IMG/VR virus record: IMGVR_UViG_3300029267_006021
DNA length: 64,000 nucleotides
Direction: 5' to 3' (one strand)
DNA from: a virus
Shown here: positions 1 through 9,155 of the stretch, piece after piece
How positions within the stretch are numbered: the first letter of the stretch is position 1
How the letters are laid out: each line of letters starts with the position of its first letter
Made by a program: the position numbers and the translations under genes
Notes under the pieces: model-generated
Databases searched by the model: none
What the model was told of the DNA's origin: nothing
Seen by the model: the letters and a program-made list of their open reading frames with translations, nothing else

Positions 1-90
1 AAGTATGTTTTGAATTGCCTCACGCACTAGTTCTTCAGGAGATCGAGAAAGATTCTTTTTTCGCCAAGCATCCAAATCAACTTCTAGCAT
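1..90 (-). CDS. Partial (runs off window) protein, possible GHKL/HATPase N-terminus
   Basis: Manual translation MLEVDLDAWRKKNLSRSPEELVREAIQNIL; ExxxN resembles the GHKL N-box; preceded by TTGTACAAT motif at 114-122. Confidence 0.35.
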   Translation of the reverse strand, partial: MLEVDLDAWRKKNLSRSPEELVREAIQNIL

Positions 91-182
91 AACTATAACT
101 TCTTTCTTTTTATATTGTACAAGAATGGCACAAAGATATTTACAAAGTAAACTTTTTAATAATAACAAGATAACTGAAGTGC

Positions 183-731
183 TTATTTCAAGAAGGAATC
201 ATATGACCAAAATTTTGTTTTCTTAGGTCTTGGATCATAATCTCGAGTGAAACTATGAGTCCACTCTGGGTGGACAAAGTTTTGATTCGGACGGACAGCA
301 TAACCTGAAGGATCGAGCAAAAGTTTAAATATAGCAGTACCTGGAACTACAAGACATTTAACACTATTTTCAATTAAATTAATCCATCGCTCTGCTAAAG
401 ATTGATCAGTTCTTTCTCCAATCCAGTCAGCATCTGGAGGTATGAAAACAAGCCCTTTCTCTTTCTGAACTTCTCTTACAAAGTCAATAAACCACATATA
501 GTGACGAACAGGTGCGATATGTGGGTTCTTCCTAAGAGCAAAAGTTCTACAATCGACAATCGTTAACTCTTTTGCTTTAACAAAAGGAATATCAGGATGA
601 GGAGAAATTAAATGCTTAGAATTCTGTTCTAGATCAAATGTACTCTTCTTACCTACTAATGAAGTAATGCAAGGTACCCATTCAGGTTTTTGGATGAGAT
701 CACTCAATGAAAACCAAGTCCACCTTTCCAT
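183..731 (-). CDS. Hypothetical protein, possibly a divergent TGT/DpdA-like barrel
   Basis: IVDCRTFA..Y.WFIDFV..IPPDAD..T..W and terminal WSYDS loosely echo TGT-like motifs. Confidence 0.35.
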   Translation of the reverse strand: MERWTWFSLSDLIQKPEWVPCITSLVGKKSTFDLEQNSKHLISPHPDIPFVKAKELTIVDCRTFALRKNPHIAPVRHYMWFIDFVREVQKEKGLVFIPPDADWIGERTDQSLAERWINLIENSVKCLVVPGTAIFKLLLDPSGYAVRPNQNFVHPEWTHSFTRDYDPRPKKTKFWSYDSFLK

Positions 732-1497
732 GTTTTTGATATACGGCGTACGGATCCTTTCCTTCGGGGCTATAGAAACAAGCGCGATTCTGATCTATAA
801 ACTTCGAAGATTTAATTAAACCATAACCATCCATATCAAAACAAACGACCCAATTAGCAGTCTTTAATTGTTCCATATGATTTGGTGTAATTTCAATAGA
901 ACCAAGACCAACTATATTTTTATAACCACTCTCATTAAAAGCAACATAATCAAGAAAACCTTCGCATAAAACCAGTTGTTGACCTTTGCTACATTTATGA
1001 AGACCAAAAGTAGCTTGCTGACCAATAGGAAATAACCACTTGAAACTATTTTGAACAATCTGAGGGTTGAGTATACGAAAGCCTATCTCATTAATCTTGC
1101 CTTCCCAATCCCTACTAGGAATTACCATAAATTGAGCATTAAAAATACTTACACCGGCAGATTTCCAAAAATTAAGCTGCTCTTTGTTAAATAAAACATA
1201 AGCATTTTCAAAACAATTCTGTTCTGAAACAGTAAACAAACCTACTTCATATTTATCAAGAATCTTAGAAGAAAGACCACGAAAATCTATATTTTTAGAT
1301 TGTTTACGCGAAGTTATACAAGATTTAATGAAATCTTCAGATTGTTGGAATGAAAAAGATAGTTTACAGTGCTTTTGAACGTGTTTTTGGCCATAAAGAC
1401 CTATAATAGAACGAGTGAGAGGTTTAGCAATCAAATCTATACCATCATAGGCCAATTTATAACGAAATGCTTGCCGATCTATAAATGCATGTCTCAT
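700..1497 (-). CDS. Toprim-domain (primase-like) protein
   Basis: LVLCEGFLDY and VCFDMDGYG Toprim motifs; GKDP near the C-terminus. Confidence 0.7.
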   Translation of the reverse strand: MRHAFIDRQAFRYKLAYDGIDLIAKPLTRSIIGLYGQKHVQKHCKLSFSFQQSEDFIKSCITSRKQSKNIDFRGLSSKILDKYEVGLFTVSEQNCFENAYVLFNKEQLNFWKSAGVSIFNAQFMVIPSRDWEGKINEIGFRILNPQIVQNSFKWLFPIGQQATFGLHKCSKGQQLVLCEGFLDYVAFNESGYKNIVGLGSIEITPNHMEQLKTANWVVCFDMDGYGLIKSSKFIDQNRACFYSPEGKDPYAVYQKHGKVDLVFIE

Positions 1498-1511
1498 GCA
1501 ACATTATACAA

Positions 1512-1544
1512 AAAATAAGAGTAGTTGTTAACTACTCTTATTTT
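1512..1544. terminator. Intrinsic terminator (15-bp perfect inverted repeat)
   Basis: aaaataagagtagtt-gtt-aactactcttatttt just downstream of the 1556..2899 gene trio. Confidence 0.75.
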
Positions 1545-1555
1545 AATTTAGCAAT

Positions 1556-2128
1556 CTATTCATAATCAGCGGGATTTATATTCATCACTTTAAAATACTG
1601 ATCAGCGTTTGTTGATATATTTTTCTTTACAGCATCTATATGTTTTTTCATCTCATCATCACTAAGTAACATGAGTATTGATTTCACAAATGCTGTAGCT
1701 TTGCGCGCAAGATCTTCAAAAGCATTTGGAAAATATATCTCGTCTGTTATCCACTCGAGCGTTTTGGCTGGGTCTTGAAGAACATCTTTCTTAAAAATCT
1801 CAATAGCTCCAGATGAAAGATTTCTATTTGAATAATACATATTTGTTAAATCTGTAATCGACTCTTTTGCAGTAGAATTTACTAACGCTTGGGCTAGGAT
1901 TTTTGGGTAACCTTCTGACCAGTCAAGATAACTCCACCCAGACGGAAACCAATTATGGGGCGCCCCAGCATTCATCATCTTGGTAATTTCATCTACACCG
2001 AGATTATTAAGGTAATCCATAAAATCAGCGTAGACATCAAATTCTTCTGCGTCTCTTCCTTGCACTGCCTTTTTCTGTGTTTTTGCTAAATCTTGAGCGA
2101 TCTTTTTGAGTTCTTCTGCTGGGTTCAT
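1556..2128 (-). CDS. Acidic protein with shared N-terminal leader (candidate internal head protein)
   Basis: Starts MNPAEELKKIAQDL; leader shared with the next two genes. Confidence 0.6.
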   Translation of the reverse strand: MNPAEELKKIAQDLAKTQKKAVQGRDAEEFDVYADFMDYLNNLGVDEITKMMNAGAPHNWFPSGWSYLDWSEGYPKILAQALVNSTAKESITDLTNMYYSNRNLSSGAIEIFKKDVLQDPAKTLEWITDEIYFPNAFEDLARKATAFVKSILMLLSDDEMKKHIDAVKKNISTNADQYFKVMNINPADYE

Positions 2129-2162
2129 TTTTTCTCTCCAAATGAATCAAACTAAATAATAT

Positions 2163-2540
2163 TTAATAATAAACCATAGACTCTAAAACAAGTGTTCCGC
2201 CTGTGGTACTAACTACATCAGTTGCTGTGGCTAAGAAATCATGAAGATCTTCATAGTCTACTGGAAGGTCAGATGATTCTGGCTCAACTACTTTATCAAG
2301 AAAAGCACTCATTGCCATGCCGAAGTCTTCTTCATTTTCTCCCAGTTTAAAATCTCGAGCGGATTCTAAAAGATCCTCTGGGACTCCTTTTAATACGGCA
2401 GTTATCTTTGGAGATCTTCCAGTACTGGGTGAAGAAACTTCGAGTGAGACACCTCCAGTGAAATCCTTCTTCCAATTCCATTTTAAATCTTCTTTATCAA
2501 GTTCTTCTGCGATCTTTTTGAGTTCTTCTGCGGAGTTCAT
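2163..2540 (-). CDS. Acidic protein with shared N-terminal leader (candidate internal head protein)
   Basis: Starts MNSAEELKKIAEEL. Confidence 0.6.
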   Translation of the reverse strand: MNSAEELKKIAEELDKEDLKWNWKKDFTGGVSLEVSSPSTGRSPKITAVLKGVPEDLLESARDFKLGENEEDFGMAMSAFLDKVVEPESSDLPVDYEDLHDFLATATDVVSTTGGTLVLESMVYY

Positions 2541-2566
2541 GTTTGATTCTCATTAAAAACTAATTT

Positions 2567-2899
2567 TTAGAGTTCAGGATGTCCTTCAGGAATTCTCCAG
2601 ATAATCTTACCTGGCTCCACTTTATACACAACATAAAGTGGAGTTTCAAAGGCATCCTCAATTAAATCTGGATCATATTTATCCTGCACTTGAGGACGAA
2701 TAGTTTTCTCAAGTTCTTCTCCAAGTTCTGTATCATCTGCAGTTTCCATTGATTCCAATGCCAAATTAGTAATATATTCAGGCAAACCTGACATCTCAAT
2801 TGTTTTTGAATCAACTCTATGAATTTCAACTTCTTCATCTCTCTTCAAATTTTGCTCTAACTCTGCAGCGATCTTTTTGAGTTCTCTTGCTGGGTTCAT
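2567..2899 (-). CDS. Acidic protein with shared N-terminal leader (candidate internal head protein)
   Basis: Starts MNPARELKKIAAEL. Confidence 0.6.
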   Translation of the reverse strand: MNPARELKKIAAELEQNLKRDEEVEIHRVDSKTIEMSGLPEYITNLALESMETADDTELGEELEKTIRPQVQDKYDPDLIEDAFETPLYVVYKVEPGKIIWRIPEGHPEL

Positions 2900-2942
2900 T
2901 GTGTGTCCCTTTAAAAACCAAAAACTAATTTTTAAATCTCGA

Positions 2943-2958
2943 TAATTAGTAGATTATT
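2943..2958 (-). promoter_or_regulatory. Putative late promoter motif AATAATCTACTAATTA
   Basis: Identical 16-mer at 26462-26477; variants upstream of other virion genes. Confidence 0.55.
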
Positions 2959-3152
2959 TAGAAAATCTAGAAATAAATTTAGTGATCTACCGTTAGCTAA
3001 AGCACATGGCTTTCTTTGTTTTGATTCTTGTGATAGGACGATCTACCCCAGGAGTTGGGCCATTAACCCAGTGGCAGAAAACTGTTTCAACATCTAAACT
3101 AGAAAAATCACGAAGACAGCGAAGCAGGTCTTCTTTGCTAAAAATTTTTTCG

Positions 3153-3629
3153 TCATTCAGTACTATCTTCATTTTTAAGACTCCTATCTTGATTAACAGG
3201 AACTAAACGATACAAAGAGTCTTGATAACAAACAATTTTCTCTTCTTCATTATGGAAGAAAACATCCCTTGGTTTTAAAAGATAGGGCAAAACGAAAAGA
3301 AGAACAAAAAATACTGTGCTCAACAAAAAGATATAAATAAAAAATGGAAGATTATCAGAAAAGAAATTCTTGGCTGTATGTTTTAATCCGGGAGGCCCTG
3401 GTAAAGGCATCCAATGGGTTATATCTGAATAACCTAAACCTTCATCAGTATGATAACTATGGCGAGGAGTTTTATCAGAAGAACAAGCATCTCCTCCCAC
3501 CCATTCAAAAATACATGAAACAACTCCACTTTTAGGACCATAAGCTATGACATGCATTGTATCATGAAAACTATTAATAAAACCGGGCTGAGGGTGCTTT
3601 CCATCTTGACAATCAATCCATTTGCTCAT
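3153..3629 (-). CDS. DUF551-like phage protein with C-terminal hydrophobic segment
   Basis: MSKWIDC...ITHWMPLPGPP signature. Confidence 0.6.
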   Translation of the reverse strand: MSKWIDCQDGKHPQPGFINSFHDTMHVIAYGPKSGVVSCIFEWVGGDACSSDKTPRHSYHTDEGLGYSDITHWMPLPGPPGLKHTAKNFFSDNLPFFIYIFLLSTVFFVLLFVLPYLLKPRDVFFHNEEEKIVCYQDSLYRLVPVNQDRSLKNEDSTE

Positions 3630-4012
3630 TGATAAACCTCATAACTTCGTTTCATTCCACATTTGGAACAAGTCCACACTACATATTCAGGATAACTCTC
3701 TCTGCTTTCAGGTAGATAATCATGGTCACAATCAGAATCCCCTCCTGAGCTTACACCAGTAAAGGGACAACAATAATCAGGCAATTCAATCTTTCGATTC
3801 ATTTTGAGGAATCCATTCTCCAAAGATCTCTTGGGTTTTGAAATTCCAAGACATGCGAGTGATTCCTACATAGTAACTAGAAGCAATTTCAAAGGATGAC
3901 GAAGAAGCTGAGATAATCTGATTTAAAGTGAGCAAAAAATCCTCACTTGTTGCCGCTGTACGCAATTCAAACATGCATATCTCTTTCAACGTTTGATTAT
4001 ATAATTAGAAGC

Positions 4013-4315
4013 TTATGAATCTTCAGATGAAAACTTAACTCTTAAACCTTCGGACTGAGCATCATAGAGAAGTTTGATTTCTGAAGGAGTGAAAGACTTA
4101 GTTGGAAAAATCAAAACTGATCCAATTTGCTTACCAGACAAGTCCATCCAGGAAATAACATCAAACAGTGCTTTTAAATAACCCTTCCTAACTAAATCTC
4201 TATCAGTGAAGCTGTTCACTGTATCGCATTCTTGAGCTTCTAAAACATTTAGAATTTCATCTCGAATTTTTAAACGTAATTCTGCCATTTCAACAAAATT
4301 TTGACCGTCAAACAT
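4013..4315 (-). CDS. Hypothetical protein
   Basis: ORF in minus-strand gene run with GGAG RBS. Confidence 0.55.
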   Translation of the reverse strand: MFDGQNFVEMAELRLKIRDEILNVLEAQECDTVNSFTDRDLVRKGYLKALFDVISWMDLSGKQIGSVLIFPTKSFTPSEIKLLYDAQSEGLRVKFSSEDS

Positions 4316-4325
4316 AATTAACTCC

Positions 4326-4535
4326 CTAATCTAGACGTGTTAAACCCAGTTCGATAAAAGAATCTTCTACAATTTTATCAGGCTCGAATTCTAAAACTTC
4401 TTCAAAAATCCATTCATGTCCGCAATAAGGACATTGACATCCGTCAATGTCTGGAACAGTACAATCATTAAGATCTCCTAGGTTAACATAACAATATTTT
4501 TTACAAGCAGGGCAATAAACTTTATCGTACATCAA
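4326..4535 (-). CDS. Small zinc-ribbon protein
   Basis: CPAC...CPYC pairs. Confidence 0.55.
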   Translation of the reverse strand: MMYDKVYCPACKKYCYVNLGDLNDCTVPDIDGCQCPYCGHEWIFEEVLEFEPDKIVEDSFIELGLTRLD

Positions 4536-4774
4536 GAGACCTTTGAATTATTTTCTAAGTTTTCAGTTTTTCGTTTTTGTACATCTTTAATCCTGCTCAA
4601 ACTCCATTCTTCTACTTCCACTAAATTATTAGCCTTCTTTAAAGTTATAAATAGTGGGTTTTTAACATTTAAATTTCGACCACCTATTATTAGTTTACCT
4701 TGTTGACTTTTCAATGAGCATCCTAGACTCTTTAGACGTTTTCTAAGATCTCGAAATTTCATCTTGACCTCCAC
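4532..4774 (-). CDS. Small basic protein, paralog of 14659..14832
   Basis: RKRLKSLGCSLKSQQGKLII..NLVEVE vs RKHLRSHGRCLKSERGKLIV..NLVQVE. Confidence 0.55.
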   Translation of the reverse strand: MEVKMKFRDLRKRLKSLGCSLKSQQGKLIIGGRNLNVKNPLFITLKKANNLVEVEEWSLSRIKDVQKRKTENLENNSKVS

Positions 4775-4778
4775 AATG

Positions 4779-5120
4779 CTAAGACCACATAGACTTTAAA
4801 AGAACTGAACAGTATTTAAGCAAAGTCCAATCCTCACATTTCACAAGCCCCTCCCATAAGGGAGCTTCATGTTTTGGAACTTTCTTTGCTAAAACATGCA
4901 AAAATCTTCGGCAAATCCTGGCAATCTTTTTGACTTCATCTTTCTTTGCTTTGTTCGCAGTTTCTGCTACATACATACCTTCAGACAGCACGCTATGTAT
5001 TTTAGCCGCGGTTTTTTCTTCTGGTTCATTATCAAGAGACTTAATGTTTGTTTTACCGAAGGCTACTGCAAGTTCACTCCAATCTCGACCTTTAAATCTG
5101 TAACCTTTTAAAAAGGGCAT
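4779..5120 (-). CDS. Hypothetical protein
   Basis: ORF in minus-strand gene run. Confidence 0.55.
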   Translation of the reverse strand: MPFLKGYRFKGRDWSELAVAFGKTNIKSLDNEPEEKTAAKIHSVLSEGMYVAETANKAKKDEVKKIARICRRFLHVLAKKVPKHEAPLWEGLVKCEDWTLLKYCSVLLKSMWS

Positions 5121-5722
5121 TTTTAAATCTTCCTTAAGATAGTGAAAACAAAAGAAACAATCTTAGTGAGCAATCTATTTAAAATTGGATGTTTTAATCT
5201 CCATTGAATTTTTTAAAAATAGACCTCAAATTGTTCTCTATCCTTAAATCGAAGACATTCAAACTCATTTTTGCAACTACTTTTTTGTAGATTTCTGACA
5301 CTTAGTATCAAACATAAATTTCCTCTACTTTTGCTTAGGCAGAGGATTAAATTTTGGATTGATAAAGCCATTAACCTCTCTCCACCAATGTTCAATATCA
5401 TCAGATCTCCAGGAAGACTTCATCTCGTCATCAAAATCCCAAGGAAATTCAAAGCCGTCCTCAAATTTTATCCCAAAATGAAGTTGTCCATTAGTAGAAA
5501 TACCCATTAATCAGAACCTTGAAAGAACTGTAAAAGAAAGAGGAAAACTAACAACTAAAACGGCATCTTTTTCTTGTAGAAACCTTTTCAGGTTGTATTC
5601 TAAGATCTTCGAAAGATTCAGTAGTCAAATTGCCTTCAGTAGTTGCTATAAGTGTATCTCCTTCTTTAAATACAAGATCACTCTCACTAAGCAAATTGCC
5701 TTCAGAATCCTTAATTTGAAGT

Positions 5723-6157
5723 TTAGCTTTTTTCATTCTTGTGTCTCTCCAATTGAACACAGTCTTCGCACAACCAAAGCCTAGTTTTTGAGGGACCAAT
5801 AGAATAACCCTCTGTCAGAGTCCCAATTCGTCCTACAACACTTTCTCGAATTTCAGGACTAGTTATTTTCTCAAGGTCAAGATCCTTAGGATGAACTCTC
5901 TCTTGATTTGTTATCACAAAATTTTGAGGTGCTACATCATAGGGAAGAAGAGGTTTTTCTTCACCGCATCTTTCACAATGTTCAGGTTTCTCTAAAAAAC
6001 TATGCTTCTTATCTTTTATCTTTTCCTGTGGAACATAAACAATGTAATTAACACCATCCTCTTCCCAGGTTACTGCTTCAAAATCTTCTGGACAACGCAT
6101 AAATTTCTGACCATCATAAGTCCTACCATCATGAAGTGTAATCTTTAAATTAATCAT
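5723..6157 (-). CDS. Hypothetical zinc-binding protein
   Basis: CERC and CEDC motifs. Confidence 0.55.
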   Translation of the reverse strand: MINLKITLHDGRTYDGQKFMRCPEDFEAVTWEEDGVNYIVYVPQEKIKDKKHSFLEKPEHCERCGEEKPLLPYDVAPQNFVITNQERVHPKDLDLEKITSPEIRESVVGRIGTLTEGYSIGPSKTRLWLCEDCVQLERHKNEKS

Positions 6158-6615
6158 AATGTCTCCTTCAAAACGAATCTACGGGCCTTAAAAGGACCCT
6201 GCAGGGCCCACTGAAGAGAAAAAGTTATTTCTGTTTCTCTAGCAGTAAGTGCAGAACACTTAATTTGAAGATCAAAAGCAAATTTCCCATTTTCTTTGGG
6301 CTGGCCGAAAACATATAATTCAGGTTCTTCAATTAAGCGAGTACAATAAAATAAATGTCCATAAACTTCAAAGAGACTACCAGTCCCAAATAAAGTGCTT
6401 GAATTCTTACCAAATTTTCGAAGAGCTACCACACTGGCGGAAGAACCTACAATAAAGCCCTCAAATTTTTCTAAGTGACTTTTGAGTTCAGAAGGGAGTA
6501 TGGTGGTCGTCTCTTGTTCTCGAAGTTGCTCTAACCAAAAACTGTCAATTTGCTCTGACATCAAAGATACAAATTTATCGCAAGGTAGTGTGATTTGTTT
6601 TGCATCTAAATTTAT
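6154..6615 (-). CDS. Hypothetical protein whose original start was separated by the IS insertion
   Basis: The tracked ORF extends into the IS left end; removing the IS restores GTG-AGA-ATA-AAT-TTA in frame. Confidence 0.45.
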   Translation of the reverse strand: MNLDAKQITLPCDKFVSLMSEQIDSFWLEQLREQETTTILPSELKSHLEKFEGFIVGSSASVVALRKFGKNSSTLFGTGSLFEVYGHLFYCTRLIEEPELYVFGQPKENGKFAFDLQIKCSALTARETEITFSLQWALQGPFKARRFVLKETL

Positions 6616-6663
6616 GAACTCAGCACAAAATACCTTGGGTCTTGTACCCAAGGATGAATGCGC

Positions 6664-7065
6664 TCACTTCTTCTTTTGTTCTTCAATATATTTCTTGATT
6701 GTTTCTTCATTAACTTGACCTACACCACCATAATAAGTGCTTTTTGACCATAAACCACTACCCCAGAATTTTTTACCTTTTAATTCAGGAAACAAAGTAA
6801 AAATTTGAACCGCAGTGATACTTTTAATTGTTTTAACAATATTAACCGGGGTTACAAACGGGTCTATTTGTAAAAATATATGGACATGATCAGGCATAAT
6901 TTCAATGTTTTCCACTAGCCACTTATAATTAATGCAAATTTCACCAATCAAATGTTTAAGATGTACTTCAATAGGTCCAACTAAAACTTGATGTCTAAAC
7001 TTTGTACAAAATACAAGATGAAGACCAATTTGATGTACACAATGAGAAGATTTTATTAACTTCAT
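6664..7065 (-). CDS. tnpA: IS200/IS605 Y1 HUH transposase
   Basis: HLVFCTKFR, MPDHVH (HUH), LWSKSTY, KKYIEEQ. Confidence 0.95.
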   Translation of the reverse strand: MKLIKSSHCVHQIGLHLVFCTKFRHQVLVGPIEVHLKHLIGEICINYKWLVENIEIMPDHVHIFLQIDPFVTPVNIVKTIKSITAVQIFTLFPELKGKKFWGSGLWSKSTYYGGVGQVNEETIKKYIEEQKKK

Positions 7066-7116
7066 GTTTCTTCTTTTTAATCAGTAATTATTTACTAATT
7101 ATACAATTAATAAAGT

Positions 7117-8244
7117 ATGAAGAGAACAATTAAAATTCGAGTGACATCAGAAAGGCCAGAGGATCTTCTATCTCTTATGGAATCTTATAGTCAAATTTAC
7201 CAAATACATTCTAACTGGGCTTTTCAAAATAAAACCTACTCAAAACAAAAAGCACACGAATCTCTTTATCTAGATATCAGAAGATGTTATACAGATATAC
7301 CATCGGCCTTAATTCAATGTGCTAGAGATAATGCTCTAGAATCAGTCAAAGCAATTAAATTTAAAAGACAACCTAAACCTAAAAGATATGCCACTATCAG
7401 ATATGACCGCAGAACCGCAACTCTAAGAGGGGAGCAACTTACTATTTCTTCAATAGGTAAAAGACAAAAATTTATTTTGACTATACCAAATTATTTTAAA
7501 GATATTTTGAACACTTGGAAATTTACAGGTTGTACTTTGTCATATAATAAGAAAAAACAATTTTGGTGCCATTTGAACTTTGAAAAAGAATCTCCAAACA
7601 AACAAACAGGTAAGGCTTTAGGCATTGACCTTGGCATTCATAATATGGCGATGACATCAGATGGAGATAAATTTTCAGGCAAAGAAGTTAAAGCCCACAG
7701 AAGACGCTACCTTTACAATAGAAAAACCCTGCAGACAAAAGGCACTCCTTCAGCCAAAAGAAAGTTAAAACAACTTTCTGGTAAGGAGAAGCGGTTCAGT
7801 CAGCAGGTTAATCATAACATTTCAAAACAACTTGTTCATCTCCCAGTTTGTGTTCTTGTGTTAGAAGATTTGTCTAAGATAAATAAAAAGAAGGGTAAAC
7901 ATTATAACAAACGCATTTCTGATTGGTCATTTGCGCAGCTTCAAAAGTTTATCTTCTATAAGGCTGAGGCTCTGGGTAAGACTGTTGTATTTGTTGATGC
8001 TAGATATACGTCACAAAAGTGTAACTGTTGCGGATATGTCTCTAAAACAAATCGAAACAAAAACAAATTTACTTGTATTAAATGTGGTTACTCAGAACAT
8101 GCTGATGTGAATGCTGCAAAGAACATCAAAGATAATTACAAACTCTCTACCCAAGTAGGTAGAGCAGGGTGCAGTCAATCACCCAAATGTAACACATCTT
8201 ATGATGTAGTTACAAGCCTTGGGTCTCGTACCCAAGGTAGTTGA
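7117..8244 (+). CDS. tnpB: RNA-guided endonuclease TnpB
   Basis: RuvC motifs GIDLG, VLEDL, HADVNAA; YTSQKCNCCG..CIKCG zinc finger. Confidence 0.95.
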   Translation: MKRTIKIRVTSERPEDLLSLMESYSQIYQIHSNWAFQNKTYSKQKAHESLYLDIRRCYTDIPSALIQCARDNALESVKAIKFKRQPKPKRYATIRYDRRTATLRGEQLTISSIGKRQKFILTIPNYFKDILNTWKFTGCTLSYNKKKQFWCHLNFEKESPNKQTGKALGIDLGIHNMAMTSDGDKFSGKEVKAHRRRYLYNRKTLQTKGTPSAKRKLKQLSGKEKRFSQQVNHNISKQLVHLPVCVLVLEDLSKINKKKGKHYNKRISDWSFAQLQKFIFYKAEALGKTVVFVDARYTSQKCNCCGYVSKTNRNKNKFTCIKCGYSEHADVNAAKNIKDNYKLSTQVGRAGCSQSPKCNTSYDVVTSLGSRTQGS

Positions 8245-8265
8245 CTCTCACACTTTGCATGAGCA
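8100..8265 (+). ncRNA. Predicted TnpB omega/reRNA (5' boundary approximate; guide from flank 8246-8265)
   Basis: Established: reRNA overlaps the tnpB 3' end and right-end hairpin; boundaries inferred. Confidence 0.5.
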
Positions 8266-8854
8266 ATTTTATCAGAGTGACGATGAAATAACCATCGCTT
8301 AAGAAATGTCCAAGGATAAAATGTTAGACGATAATGCCAAAAATGAAAACGAGGATGTTTCCACCAAGGACGCATCAGACTTAATAAATTAATTGCAATA
8401 AGTCTAAAGATCTCTCTCATTTCTTGGAAGTTACCCCTTTTCGATGCATTTCCTGAAAATTATCAACAGGGTTAGAAGCAAGCCTTGCTAAATGCATCAT
8501 TAATCTAGGAGTCATTTCCTTTCGCCACACACGCCAAAGAATTGTTGAAGAAACTCCGAATAGCATCTCAAAACAAGAAGTCTGTGGACGGCCTTCTCTA
8601 TCAAGAAAACATTGTTCAGTTTCATATTCAAAATCGGCTTCATACATTATTTTTTTGTAATCTTTGGAATCATGCTTAAGTTGCTGGGTGCCAAACCAGT
8701 CACAAGAATCATCAAAGCCATCCTTCTCGGGATCTTTATGCCAAATAATTGCCATTGTCTCTCGGTAACCCTTTGGAAACATCTTCTCTTTACCAGGCCT
8801 ATGTTTCCACCAAGGATATTTAATTTCAAGAACTCGAGTGTATGGATCATGCAA
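8246..8854 (-). pseudogene. Probably one phage gene split by a frameshift (8417..8854 + 8246..8420) and truncated by the IS
   Basis: The two ORFs overlap in the -1 frame; the downstream part runs into the IS right end; both carry PWWKH. Confidence 0.4.
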
Positions 8855-8874
8855 TAGAATACCCCTTTAATTTG

Positions 8875-9135
8875 TTAAAGATTATAGCGGTGCCGAACTA
8901 ATTCAAGGTTTTCTGCAATTTCTTTTGCTGCTTCTTCTTTCATATTTGGGTAGTTCTTATGAATCGATTCTACTAAGGTTTTAATTTCGAGCAAAGAACC
9001 TTCTTTGAGAATATCAAATTCTTGGCGCATTCTTTTTAATTCCTGCCGTAATTGAGATATCTCGCTATCCATCTCTAATGCAATTGAAGCAATCCATTCT
9101 GAGCGTGTCATTTCACTAGCTTTTTCGTCTGGCAA
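8875..9135 (-). CDS. Hypothetical coiled-coil protein
   Basis: ORF with GGAG RBS. Confidence 0.5.
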   Translation of the reverse strand: MPDEKASEMTRSEWIASIALEMDSEISQLRQELKRMRQEFDILKEGSLLEIKTLVESIHKNYPNMKEEAAKEIAENLELVRHRYNL

Positions 9136-9155
9136 GATTAATCTCCGCTATCATT

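Larger units (their letters stand above)
6616..8245 (+). mobile_element. IS200/IS605-family element (divergent tnpA + tnpB)
   Basis: Subterminal hairpins ccttgggt-cttgt-acccaagg (6633-6653) and ccttgggt-ctcgt-acccaagg (8217-8237); right end ...tagttgac; target TTAT at 6612-6615. Confidence 0.85.

Noticed and set aside
7086-7101. Late-motif-like sequence upstream of tnpB
   Set aside because: Two mismatches in a very AT-rich spacer belonging to the IS; could be chance
8417-8445. Programmed -1 frameshift
   Set aside because: No canonical slippery heptamer in frame; mutation or assembly error is more likely
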